From contig MU058065.1 in NCBI GenBank assembly GCA_013265495.1, positions 5,244,976 to 5,308,975 on the forward strand: a stretch of DNA of 64,000 nucleotides, in the 5' to 3' direction. Below are positions 12,221 through 25,112 of the stretch, in pieces (position 1 is the first letter of the stretch; each line of letters opens with the position of its first letter). A program made the translations under genes and the position numbers. Under the pieces are notes generated by a model that worked only from the letters and a program-made list of their open reading frames with translations, was not told the origin of the DNA and made no database searches. The DNA is from Vicugna vicugna. Taxonomy: Eukaryota.

Positions 12221-13124
12221 AGGGGTGTCACACGAGGAATAGTAAGAAGCCATTCTCCTTGGGCTAAGTTCTTCCTCATCCCTTCAAGGTGTCTGGAATG
12301 CTATCACGGACTTGGGTTCAGGGACTTTTCAAGAGAGCGGTGTTAAAAAGCAGCACTCTCTGGGCATCTTCTGCTAAAACCTGGGAGGAAAAACTGAGCC
12401 ATAGAAAAGTTGGAGGGAGGCATGGACCATTCATCCAGAAACCCTACAGACATCAGAGATACCATGGGCCTCTTTACTGAGGTGGGACCATCCTTATAAG
12501 TCAGCCAAGGCACATACTTCGGGTCTAAGAGAATGTCAAGGACAAATTAAAGAGTTGGGGTGCTGAAGAAAATAAACACATTGGTTCCAAACTGCAAAAA
12601 GAAAGCTACAAAATCTAAGATTAATGTATGGTTCATTTAAAAGTCTACAAATGAAAAATGCAACTGCAACTCAAAATAAATTAATTAAATTGAATGTAAA
12701 ATGATACCTCCAAAGTGAATGTGTTCAGGGATAACAAGGTCTTAAAATGTCTCTAGTACCAGAACCATTCCCTTACCCAGCTCTGCCCCACTGCAGCCCT
12801 AGAAGCAAGGGCTGCCATGCAAGCAAGGCTCAGGGCTGTCACTGCATGAAACCGCTAAGTTCAAAAACTCAGAAAGATCTGGGAAGCCACACCCTTCCTA
12901 CCACTCCAGTGACAGTGGACGCTGCCTCTCTCAACCCTTGGGATGCAGTCCAGTCTCCTCTAATCTCTCTAAAATGCCAGTTTGTGCACAGCCAGAGGTC
13001 ACAAGCTCAAATACTTATAGGGATTCGGAGGCCCCTTTGATTCTTGAAGCAATTCAGGCACTGTCTCAGGCCGACGCACTTTTAAAGGGCCTATGATAAT
13101 GTCTGAAAACTTGGGGCAGGGGTG

Positions 13125-13255
13125 GTATATAATATTATTATATTATTATATTATCTATTTAGTATATGCATATACATATTATACATATATGTACATATTG
13201 CATATGTATACATATATATCATATATTTTATATCTATATCTAAATATAGATACAC
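13125..13255. repeat. AT-rich low-complexity (TA)n-derived tract
   Basis: Degenerate TA/TAT/TACA repeats seen directly. Confidence 0.85.
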
Positions 13256-13449
13256 ATTCCAAAGTATGAAAATGGAAAAATTGAAATTATTTTTGAAAGA
13301 GAAATGATAGAATCCTTACCAAATCCTTTTTGCCCCCCCCAAAATCTCTATTTATTGTGGCACATGGATTAATTATATTTAATATGATATGAAATGGAAC
13401 TTCTAAAAGTAAGAATGCTTAGCACCCATGAAATTATTAAAACCCTTAG

Positions 13450-13760
13450 GACTGGGTAGGAAATAAAATGAATGGAGACAGGTATAGAATGACATCAGTA
13501 GCTGATGGCTGGACCCCGCGTTGGCTATGGGGCTGTGGCAGGTACAGGCTCTTTCTGAAAGGGGAACTCGTGACCTGGCCCTAGCTAATTGGAATCTCTT
13601 AGAATAGGGGGTTCAGCTCTGCCAGAGTGTCCAGTCTCTAGGAAAAGTCCGGAATGCTGACTCCTACAGAAAATCCCCCATTTCCAAATGTTGACAATTA
13701 ATTCAAGGTTTTAACAAACACTTTCTGGGCCATAAGCAAAACTGGCCACACTGGGTTCGG
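13450..13760 (+). mobile_element. MER102-like hAT-Charlie element
   Basis: 'ctgccagagtgtccagtctctaggaaaagtccggaat...aaatgttgacaattaattcaa...aaacactttctgggcc' resembles MER102. Confidence 0.55.
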
Positions 13761-15619
13761 AAACATGAATTCAGAAGGCTAATTCAAAACAAAATTAACT
13801 TTTTTCAAAACCAAAGAAATTTCCCTCCCAGGTAGTTGGGGCATGCGCGGTCTCCAACGCTGCGGGGGGCGGGAGGGGGCGCAGGAGTGAGCAGGACAGC
13901 ACACGGTCAATGACTTAAGTCTGTATTTGTAGGTCCGGAACTGGGTTCAGCGTGAATATTATAAAATTATTTGAAGAATAATTAGTTCGATAATGAGTCT
14001 GCAGGTGAGAAGCAGCTGTTCTGCTCCTGGGCTTGGGGTCACTGTCTCTGCTGTGTGAAGAGTCAGCAGTAATTAGAAGAACCCGCGGTGCCAAACTAAA
14101 TTAAAATTTTTCAAATCGTTACTCACTGTATGATATAATTTTGTTTCATGTTCCCAGGATGAGGAACCTCGAATTAAGTCTCTATTCATTACAAAAATAG
14201 GCTAACTTATTTAAGGCTATGAACTATCTGTTTGTCAATGGTATTGAACGGTTTCTATCCACTGTAACCGATCATTCCGCACTAAAATAAATGGCAGTTG
14301 ATTATCTGCCAATGGTTTCTTTAACAGCACTCAATTGTACTGAACTCCGAAAATGTAATGGGTCTCAGTGGACCCTCCTGCCTGCAATTTTTCTGAAAAT
14401 AAAATATTGATGTAATTGGATTTCCCACCCACATTGATCCTCAAGCACACAGATGGGATCAGTTTAAGCAAAAATTGGGAAATGAAGAAATTGTGATAAT
14501 CACTGAATAAAGTTATTTCCTTCAGGACACTTGGGGTGCACTTAATTAAGCTGCCCTGAAATCCTGGGAAAACTTGGGATGGTGTTCTCATAAGCTGCAG
14601 GGATTGTTGTAGGAGTCCAAGAAAAGGCCAGGAATAAAAAAACCCAAAAAATCTGCAAATGAACGTTTTGAAGAAAAGAGAAGAAACCTTCAAAAAGATT
14701 TCATGGGCCATATCCCTGTGATACCAGACCAACTGGTTGGTTCTGTCGGTGTAATGAGGAAAATGCTACAAAACCAGTTGTTCAGCATCTTTTAGGGAAA
14801 AAAAAAACACTTTATTACTGAATCTTCCACTTTTCAACTTGCTATTTTGCTATGTATAGACATAGCTTTAATCACACCCTGCAAGCAGCCAATTTCACTG
14901 ATGTGACCTTGTAAGTAAGACCACAAGGTTGAGCTTTTAATAAGATGGGCTTACTCTAATGAAAGTTCTTTTGGTCTTTCCTTTTAGGCTTTCCCTGTTT
15001 TCTTTAGTCACCAACCCTTGGACTAATCCTGTTAATAGAATGATTTTGCCTGATTTTTTTAAATGTCTTCTCTGATCCAAGCCAACTTGAGCAACTAAAA
15101 TGCTTTCTTTCATCAGCATTCAAAAGGTAGCATTAGTAACAGCAACAATAAAAGACACAAACCCTCACTGAATTTTCCCGTCATTCCTAAAACAAGATAA
15201 ATAACTCCTGAAGTTCTCAGCATCTGAGCAATGAAATATGTTATGTCTTGAATGGTGACCACGCCCTCACAAGAGGGGGATTAGTCAAATGGCTGCCACC
15301 CAAAGGTTATTTAGAGACCTGCCAGTGTTTCCCCATTAAAGAAAACAAAAATAGCTTCCCTTCCCATCCTCAGCCCCTCTGTATGAAGGCATATCCATGC
15401 TGGAGTTGTTTCTACTAAAGTAGTATGAACAGTAACTTGTAAATTCAATCAGATTTTAAGTACACTGGAGATCATGTTAATTCAAAGAACTTTGTTGCTA
15501 ATCTTTTTGTAAAGTGAATTCTCTGTGAATTTTCAATAGGAAATATTCTTTAAGATAAATCATCATTAAAAAGCATGTTTTTACCTCCTCCCGACAGAAA
15601 AAAAATGTAATCAAGAAAG

Positions 15620-15810
15620 GAAGGTCTATAGTTGAAAGAACAGTGTCTTAGTCCAGCTCTTTTTCTGACCTGCCAGGTAAACCTTGAGAACCTTAAGAAA
15701 CTTTGCTGAACCTCTCTGGACCTTGGTTTCCTCAGTAATGAAGGGAGGACGATGATCACTTTTATTTTCCAGAGTCTTCAAGGAATTAAATAAGATCCTT
15801 TTCAAATGTG
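15620..15810 (+). mobile_element. MIR SINE (diverged)
   Basis: 'tgaacctctctggaccttggtttcctcagtaatgaaggg...aggaattaaataaga'. Confidence 0.6.
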
Positions 15811-18254
15811 AGGGGGTTTCATAGACTGTTACAGACAGTTACCGCTCTACAGCATAGTTGTTAGTAATAGTAATCATGGCCAGAGTGTGAGAGAGCATAG
15901 TGTTGGGTGGTCTGCAAAGCAAGCACAGGAGATTCACGTTGCCAGCCTGATCCTTCAGGCTCACTGGGAATGCTATCCCTGGTTTGAAGAGACCTGTGAA
16001 GGTCACTCCCCTGACCTCCGATATGCCCTTAAAATGTCTTATCAAAACCCAGTTCAGCTGGAGACTCTGAAAATGCAACGAGTCTCTGGATAGGCACATT
16101 GACACAGACGCCTGGCATATTATTAAATTAGCACAGGAAGAAGTCCCCGGTGTTTCCGGGGGCAAATTAAGGAAAATCTAGCTTCATGTTTATAACACTT
16201 TAGTCATTCGTTTCTTTTTCTCTGGGGATGCTTAGGCACGTTTTCGACAGTAAAGTGGTAATTGGTAAATTTTTAGGATTTTATTTTTCCCTCTTGATCC
16301 ACAGGGGACTGTGAGTGTGGTGGGCAGGTAGGCGTCCTAATGGCAATGTAGATAGATGAGGGAGTTCATACAAATTAGTTCGCCAAGAGCCTAATATGAG
16401 TATTAACAGGCAAGCCAAATTTATTCCCCCAATTGTATTCTTAAAAAAAATGTACCAGCACCTTATAAATGTTTGAATCAAGCCTGTGTAAGGGCATTTT
16501 TTGAAGCCACTTAACGGGAGAACAATGACTAGTAAGAATTTCTAAAATTAGTTTCCTAAACCAGGCCTCCCCAAGAAGTGGTAAAACAGAGCACATGGGA
16601 GGTCTCGCCCTGCTCGCTCTCCCCCACATCCCTGAAACATTATGTAACCTGTGGGGAGCTAGTTAACCTGCGTTTGTCTCTTTTCTCCATCATCAAAAAC
16701 AGGGATTGTGCTTTAATTCTCAAGCTTAAAAAAAAAATGCAAAAGATGAGTTGCATGCTTCAGTCCAAAATTAAGCTAGAGGTAAAATACATTAATTAGC
16801 TCACAGAATGAAAGTGATCACAGAATCAAAGGATCTCAGCCCATTCCTGCTGGGGTTTAGGGGATTTTTGAATAAGTCATTTTTGGTCTGGTTACATCAG
16901 TCTGTTTAGAATTCGAGTATCGTGAGTCAGTCTCCCAGGGCCTGATCATTTCTGAACTCAATGACAAAACTCAATCTGAAGACCCCCAAATCTGAGGATT
17001 CCAAATTTCCAAATATCAGCGAGGCTTCAACCTCATCAAGGTCCTGTTATCGGTGAAGACCCTGCTCTTGCAGCCACATGGCTGCGGTACCATCCACCAC
17101 CACCCTTCACTCCCTCGGTCCCTCACTGCTCTCTTAGCCACAAGAAACAAAGCCTTGCATTTGTAAAATGTACCTACATATACATTATCACACAGGGCAG
17201 GGATTATTCACAATTTTCAGAGGATGAAACCATTTCTAAGGAGTCAAGTAACAGGCTCATGGTTTCCATTACAAGTAAGTGGTAGAACCTAGTCTAGAAT
17301 CATTCTAGAGAGGGATTCTAAGAACTGGTTAGACCACAGGGCCTTTTTAGGTCTCTGAAATTAAGGGATTCCATTACTTCTGCTGAGTACTCCAAAATGG
17401 GTCCCACATAATGTCTACCATAATCTGGAGCAAATAATACACAATCAGTTGATACCCTCTGAATTACTTGGACTATTCCCCAGAGTCTTCACACACCCAA
17501 CAAGTAAGCACTTCATCCCGTCCACGCTCTTCCCTGCGATGATTCAGCTTCTCACTTGGTAGAGACCAAAGACTTCCTCTACAAACAGCTCCATTCAGGG
17601 ACTGAACCAGTAATCTCCCCACCCAAGACCAAGACAGCAGATGCCCTATTTAGAAGATGTATGGCTGTGTTACCGTGGCTCAGAGAATTTATCCAGCCCC
17701 TTAACCTCCCCTCACCACAGCTTTGAACCCCTGCTGTTGTCTGCCTTTCCTGTTTCTAATCTGCTGCACAAATCCTCCCATTCTGCCTTGGCCCTTGGCT
17801 TTGCCAACACAGTATGCTCATTGATGATTTTGGTCTTCACTCTTGTTGTTCCTGATGCACCAAAGCCTCAGCATCCTATGTGGCTAGAAGGAGATAGAGA
17901 AAAAGCAGGGCTTCCTCTCCTGACATCAACCACAGTATCATTGTGTTCTTATTTCAAGAGCCAAGCCCACATACCTCCCAAAGCTAAAGGACACATTCCA
18001 GCTACGCCAAAAATGGATGCTCCCATTGAGCCTACTGTGGGTGCAAGAGTTAAGCCAGGAACTGGCAACTTGGTAGACACCTAAGGGATGATGGGTTCAT
18101 GAGCACGCAGGTCACACCCAGCGCCTGTAACTTTTGACTTGGGCCTGGGGCCCTAGAGCCTAAAGAACTGGGTAGGCAGAATTTGGCACAGCTTTAATTT
18201 GTAAAGTTCTCCCCAAAATTCTGGATTTCCAAGTTAATGTCAGTTGGGTTTTTC

Positions 18255-18652
18255 AGTACCTGGAGCACTATTCTCCCACATCTGTACATGCCTGACTTCG
18301 CATTGCTCTGGTTTCCACTCCAATGTCAAGTCCTCAGAGAGGAATCCTCTACCCACTCCGAGTAACCACTGAAGAGCAAGCCCCACTTCCACCTCCATGG
18401 CTCCCCAACCCAGCCCCATGATTATTTGCTTCCCAGCACAGAGAACTCACTGTATTTTTTGTTTCCCTCTTTACTGTCTACCTCCCTTGAGAAGAACAGG
18501 AGACCCACATGGGCAAAACCTTTGTCTATCTTATTAATAGCTACTAGAAAAGCTCCTGGCATAGAGGAGGCTTTCAATAAATGTTTGTTTTAATAAATGA
18601 ATAAATGGATGGATGGATGGGTGGATGGATGAATTGGCTATGAATGAATGAA
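18255..18652 (+). mobile_element. L2 3' region with (GGAT)n/(TGAA)n tail
   Basis: 'cctggcatagaggaggctttcaataaatgtttgtt...tgaataaatggatggatggatg...tgaatgaatgaa'. Confidence 0.75.
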
Positions 18653-18894
18653 TCTACCACTAATGGTACTCTTATATTTGCCAAGCACTGTACTAAGCAC
18701 TTTTTCATACCTTATCACAATGATTTTCAGAAATCTCATTTATTGTTCAGGCAAAACCTGATAGGAAACCCTATATATATGATCCAGACAACAAAATATA
18801 AATTAAAAAGCCAAAAGAAACAGTGGTAGGTGCCCAGCCACTTCCTCCTCCTCAGAGTCTCATATCACATTTATCTTACCAATGTTGTTAGATG

Positions 18895-19030
18895 TGAATT
18901 ATCATCAGTCCCACTTTATAGGTTAGAAAACTGAGGCTCAGGAAAATTAAGTCCAAGGTCATTTGTCCAAGGTTATATAAGCTAGTGAGTCACAGGACAA
19001 GGTTATAAAACAATTGTGTCTGGCGCTATC
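18895..19030 (-). mobile_element. MIR fragment
   Basis: 'cccactttataggttagaaaactgaggctcagg...tccaaggt'. Confidence 0.65.
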
Positions 19031-19835
19031 CATGTCTAACTTTCTAAAATGTGATTCTAAAGAGCCTGCACATTCTCTGAAATCCCAGGGAACTCTTTCC
19101 AGAATAAGTTAACATTAGGTTGGTATTTTCAGACCTTATTTGAATAAGATTGGAATAGCTTATTGCAGTGTTTAATAATTAATTGCTATAGGTATATAAA
19201 GAATGACTTTTTCTTAATGAAAAATTTCAGGATGATATTATAATGTTAATATTCTCAGAAAGTACTCTCATGTGACACAGATCTCCTTTTTAATGGGAGA
19301 AAGTATACTCATTTTTTTCCCCACAGATAATTCTTGAAACCCTAAGTATTTAAGAACCTTCATTGAGGCAAAATTCGATTATATGAGAAGTAGCTGCTTG
19401 GCAATTTCTAAGAATTTAATATATTTCTCCAGGAAAATGTTGGTTTCAAGAGAAAATTTCAAATGGGGCTCCAAAATACTCTCTGTTTTCTTGTATTTGC
19501 ATGACAAATAAAGAACCTTTGGGCTGGCTGTGAGAAGCCAGAGAAAACAAAAATGTTCATTTTGCATTATTTGGTGGGCGGTATTATGTTACCATTTTTT
19601 TTCCCTTTGAATATGAGAAGCCCACAGGTTTCATGGTGCATGGTGCAGATTCGCAGCTACAGAACACTCCTCAAGAGGTCTGTGGAATTTCACTTTCACC
19701 AAGACGCACTATCTCAGAGTCGTCTGGTTTTCAGATGACTTCGGTGAGAAAGATGACTGCCAATCCTAGGTCCAGGAATTGCAGGGCCTTACACTCTCCT
19801 GGCTTTTACTTTTACTTTAGGGGATGTGGTCCACA

Positions 19836-19838
<3 letters not shown>

Positions 19839-19898
<60 letters not shown>
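19839..19898. repeat. (TG)30 microsatellite
   Basis: Perfect 60-bp TG run. Confidence 0.98.
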
Positions 19899-19901
<3 letters not shown>

Positions 19902-20195
19902 ATACATATAACATAAAATTTCCCATTTAAAGCATTTTTAGGTACACAGTTCCATGGCATTAAGTACATTCACATCGCTGTGCCTCCTTCACCACTATCC
20001 ATCTCCAGAACGTATTCACCATTCCAAACTGAAACTCTGTCCCTATTAAAAATAACTCCCCAAAACCTCTCCCCACAAGTCCCTGGTAACCACTGTTCTT
20101 TTTGTCTCTATAAATTTAACTACTAAAAAAATTTTTTCTGACTACTCTCATGCCTCATATACGTGAACTCATCCAATGTTTATCCTTTTGTCATC
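19899..20195 (-). mobile_element. 5'-truncated L1MB-like 3' end
   Basis: 'aaatacatataacataaaatt...ggcattaagtacattcaca...catctccagaac...aaactgaaactctgt'; flanked by the repeat CCACATTCT at 19831-19839 and 20196-20204. Confidence 0.85.
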
Positions 20196-21119
20196 CCACA
20201 TTCTTGCTGCACTTGACTTTCATTTCCTTCACGATGAGGACGATTCTTCAATGCCTGCAGTGAGGTGACAGTCCTGTGGCATGTCCCACTGGTGACACTT
20301 CGAAAAGGTTATTTTTTTAACACCTGGTTTCCACACTCAGTAGTAACTGTGCTAATGAATCTGCAGTGTTTGGTCAAAAAAATTACCAAGCTAATATCAT
20401 TTGGTCTTTCAAAAGTGAGAGCTGAATTCGTAAACTCGACTCTCAGGGATGAAAGGTTAACAATGGGCCCAAGTCATCTTACAGAACCGCTGAGAAAATC
20501 AGGAAGTGCCGTCACAGAGTCACAGCAGGAAAGGACCAAAAGGAATAAGAATTCTGAGCCCTACAGCTTTTTGTCAGTTTTTAGAACTGTGTGTATGAGT
20601 TTTATCCTTGTAGCCTTGTCTCTCCCCAGTGAGGGAACAATATAGAGAAAGAGAAACTTCCTGCATGTGGGATACAGGGAAGACTTGAAGGGAAAGCTCG
20701 GGAACCAGCAGGGGAGGAGGAAGCCCGGTGCATCCATCCCTCTCTGCAGCCGGACTGGGGAAATGAGAACCCAGAAGGACAAGTGCAAGTTGGCAGCTGC
20801 GGAGAAGAGAGGTAAGCAGGCAGCCTCCAGATTCCTAAGGAGAAAGGGTGCATCCATGAGAACATGAACCAGGACTGTAGACAAGGCTCCCTGGGGTGGC
20901 CTGGCAGGTGCCTCTGCCAGTCCCTGGTCAATCTGAGGATGGCTGTGGTGCTCCAATCAGTGCAGCCGTGGGCTCTTCTGGGAGGGGTCAGAGCACTAGA
21001 GCTTCTCTCAGTGCCGCAAAGGATGCATATTTAGGAACCAAGAGATGACCTTGGTCCAGAGTCCTCCCAGAATATCTGCATCAGGACACTGATGGTCTCA
21101 CAGAATTCAGCCAGCAGGG

Positions 21120-21136
21120 GTGTGTGGGTGTGTGCA

Positions 21137-21180
<44 letters not shown>
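21120..21180. repeat. Compound (TG)n(AG)n microsatellite
   Basis: Seen directly. Confidence 0.95.
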
Positions 21181-21184
<4 letters not shown>

Positions 21185-21763
21185 GGGAGGGAGAAATGGG
21201 AGGAAGAGGTAGTGTTTAAAAGACAAAGATCCTACTTCAATACTTTCCAACTTACCACTGCCCCCAATAATTCTAACTGCGCGGTGCCCAGTCAGCTTCG
21301 ATCCCTGCCTTTGCTTCCTCAGCTGGACAACAAGGCTGGATTCGGTGGATTTCTCTGGGGCCGTGCGGACTCGTCTGGTCTTCAAGCTGAGTTCTAGGAA
21401 CATCCTATTGTGCTTCTGGACTCAAACTCTGAGCTCTCTGCCTCTGTCCTTTGCCATAGGGAGAACGTAAGGGGATAAGGGCAAGGACTTAATGAGGGGA
21501 AATGGAGCTGTTTTATACAATCAGCTGCTACACCAGGCTGCTCCTAGTCATGCTCTGAGAAAAGGAGTGCTTCACTCACCCAAGATTCACTACATGGGCA
21601 CAGGAAAGACAGGTCAATCCTCAGATTTTGGACTGTTAATGTAGACAAGAGCTGCTTGCTCCTCACTCCTCTCCCCATTTCCCACTTCTGTCAGGGGTCG
21701 CAACTTGCCACCCTCTGGGGAACTGGGCCGATCAGACCAGAACAGTAGGAAACACACAAGACC

Positions 21764-22196
21764 TGCATTAATTTCCTAGGGCTGCCATAATGGGTATCAT
21801 AACCTGGCTGGCTTAAAACAACAGGAATTTATTCTTTCACAATTCTGGAAGCCAGAAATCCACACTCAAGGTATGAGGGGAGCCACTCTCCCTCTGAGAC
21901 TCTGCGCTGATGACTTCTATTTCTCCTCCTAGCTTCCAGTGATGGCCATCCACCCTTAGCATCCTTTGACTTGCAGCTGCATCATCCCAACACCCACTTC
22001 TGTGCTCACATGGAGCTGACGTGGCATCTTCCTGTTCTTATAAGGACACTAGTCTTACAGGATTAGGATGCACCCGAATGACCTCATCTTAATTTAATTA
22101 CACCTGCAAACACTCCATTTCCAAATAAGGTCACATTCACAGGTTCTAGGGGTTAGGATAGCATAGCTTTTTGAGGATACAATTCAGCCCATGATA
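21764..22196 (-). mobile_element. MaLR solo LTR (MLT1A/B/C-like), full length
   Basis: 'tgcattaatttcctagggctgccataa...ggcttaaaacaacaggaatttattct...tttccaaataaggtcacattcacagg...acaattcagccc'; 5-bp near-TSD AGACC/AGACT. Confidence 0.88.
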
Positions 22197-24039
22197 AGAC
22201 TTTAACCTCAAATTCTTCCTTTCTCAAAGATCCAGCCTCCTTGCCTTGATTTTGACTTGCTGGTTCCAAAACCCCTCCCCAAGACTCCAATGCTCTGTTA
22301 CTAGCCCCTCCTTTCCACGTTGCAGTTCTTGGCTGACAGATCTGACATCTAGTCACTGTCCTCCACTTGAAAAACCTATTGAGCCTGTGGCATTTGCCTG
22401 ACTACCCAGACTTGGAGGCTCAGACGTGTGGTTTCAGGGACTAACCCAGACCTGTCCCCAGCGCCAGGTCCCTAGCTCTGTGCTAGTCACCATGTCTAAA
22501 CCCACCCCCAGGTCCAGCCCCTCCCTGACCCACTGCCTCTGGAGGCCTCCTTAGATTTCTTTTTACTAGAAGCAAACTGGCTTCCATCACTTGCCAGATC
22601 TGGCACAATCCAACTAGAACATTCCTTTTCGAAAAGCAAAATTTTCTAGTTTGCTTTTTACACATTTCAAATGAGGATTATGTTGAAAATGATGGCCCCC
22701 CCGCCTCTCTTTTTCATTCAGTTCTCATACAGCTTTAGGCATCTGTATATTTACCAGTTTCTGAAACTCTTGAGAAGCAGGAAAAATTAGCTAATTTTAT
22801 AGCAGGACCGTAAATAAAATAATTTAGACCAGTTGAGGAGCCAATTGTGAGAAAAAATTGTATAATCTCTTCAAAGATCAAATAATTAAATTAAACTAAA
22901 TAACTAAATCAACTAAATAAACAAAAACATAAATGAAAAGCTGTAGTAATTTTTTAAATTTTGGATCTTAAAATGAGTCTTAACCACAAAGTATTTGAAG
23001 GCAGTTTTTTTTTAAACTTTAATTATGAGATTAATTGTATTAATTATCCATTTACTGTGGTGGTAAAGATCTTGTCTAAAGCCAGATCCACACACAAGAG
23101 CAGACACAGCTAATCCATTTGTTCACCACCCTCTTTCTAAACAATAGCGCCTGGTTAGTTTGGAAAGATTCGCTTCTCTCTCAAGTCTGTAAAAAGTCAG
23201 GCACTTTCTAAAGAGCCACAATCTTCACTCCTTCAACACAGAGAGAAGGCCAATGATAGAATTAAACACTGAAGTTGCCAAGAGCCATGTCATCTTCTAG
23301 CTGTAAACCTCCTACTGCTTACAGTTTATAAAAAGATTACCAGCTTGGCCAGGCTTATGGTCCACAAACACAAACTTAATGACATCATTTGACTCTTCCA
23401 CACACATGAACTCAAAGAGAAAATCAACAATCTTCCCACTCCTGGCTATTCTGGTTACAGATACGTGTGTGTGTGCATTTCTCTAGTTTGCCTGGTCTTC
23501 CCTTGTGAAGTTTTAAATAATCATCCTCTTTTGGTGGCTGATCAGCACACCTTGCTGCCATCCAACCCAGCCAACTCTCTTGCCACTCCTTCTGCTCACA
23601 GGGCCACCAGAGACTAAGTGGAACATTTCCATCCATTGCCAAGTACACGTGCCAGTATTTACTAGTAATTACGCAAAATACTTTTCCAGAATTACTTTTT
23701 AAGAGCCGAAGGCTCAATTGACTTATAAAAGTCTAAAATGGAATACTAGGAAAGAAATAGTCCCAGATGCACAAGTTATCAATTTTATGCACAGGATGAG
23801 TAAGTCTTACATATTTCAACTAAGCTGGAATTACAGTAACCCCATGTCTCTCAAGAGAAATGGCGTTGCTGCTAAAATGAAGATGTGCTTTGTTTTACTT
23901 GCCTAACAGGAAGTATTCTTGGCTAGATTCAAATGATTGGCGTGAAAGCTTGAAGATGTTGCTTCACCAGCTGATTTGTCACCAGTTCTAAGCCATGCCT
24001 CCGTGAGCTTGGTGGGCTGAATGATGTAAGATGACCTTT

Positions 24040-24185
24040 GTATTCATTCATTCATATAATCATTCATTCAACCAATATTTAGTGAGCACCTGCCATGTGC
24101 AAAGCATTGACCTAGGACCTCTGAATTCAAATATCAAGAAGAAAATGTTCCTTCGACCAGGGACTCACAATCTAGTAAAGACACT
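24040..24185 (-). mobile_element. L2 3' end
   Basis: (ATTC)n followed by 'caaccaatatttagtgagcacctgccatgtgc'. Confidence 0.75.
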
Positions 24186-24211
24186 TCTCTAAGCTCATAC
24201 GTGTTGCCTTT

Positions 24212-24620
24212 GCATCAGTCAAGATTTTTGAGTTGTAAGCAATAGAAAGCTTCTTTAGCTTGCTTACAAATATGGAAACCTTAGGAGGGATGAGGGGAAG
24301 TCCATCTATTCTAGAGACGAGGCCAAAAACAGGCCTCAGAAAGGACAGGAACCAGACCCTGCACAGGTTTCAGATAGTAAGAAAAATCTGGCAAGCTTTC
24401 AGGTTCCTGCACTGTAAGTGAATGTTCTCTATTTTCTGTCTTGGTTATGTCACTTTGGATTTTAACTAGCTTCTATTGTGGCACATATTCACTCCTTTAC
24501 CGGGTAAAGGTGGGGTACGTTGAGAGACAGACTCACCAAGATGGTCTCCAATAAAGGAGAAGCGCTCTTCCCAAAGCAAATCCAGGTGCTCTTTCTAAAA
24601 CAAAAAATGGACTCTGGGCA
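24212..24620 (-). mobile_element. Old MaLR LTR (MLT1J/K/L-like), diverged
   Basis: 'catcagtcaagatttttgagttgtaagcaatagaaa' resembles the reverse-complement MLT1 3' end. Confidence 0.45.
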
Positions 24621-25112
24621 AGTAGAATAGGCCTGCTTGAGCCTTTATTCCTCCCAGATTCCAAAGTGTACTTTTTCCATGGCTAAAGCCATTTAATCCC
24701 CGACCTGAAAGCTAACTTTGCCCTCAGCTTTGAAAGAAGCCCAGTGGAACAGCTCAGAAAATCAGTATTAATTCATCCTACATTAATTCATCATACAAGT
24801 CCCACTCAGCCCTCGTACCCAACCCTGATAACCAGGCTCCGCCCTGGTGCTGAATACCTGAGCCTTAGGGACCACACATCCACCATCCTGGCATCCCTGG
24901 TGCCCGGCACAGGACCTGCTGCAGAGGTGCTCAGGAGCCGCCTCACGGTTGATGCATTTTCCGCACAGGGCCCTGTCTCCTTTTTCTGTGTTGCCCCTGC
25001 CCTAATGATCTGTTCAAATATTCTAATCCCTATCAAACCAGAGCCTTGCCTCCCAGGCCTGACCTCCCTCCTTATTTACAGCAAAAAACTGGAATTCTGC
25101 ACTTGAATCTGG

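Noticed and set aside
12480..13450. Possible hAT-Tip100-like fragments around the TA tract
   Set aside because: The similarity was too vague to name or bound without an HMM search.
19633..19899. ORF ending in (CV)n
   Set aside because: It is a translation of (TG)30.
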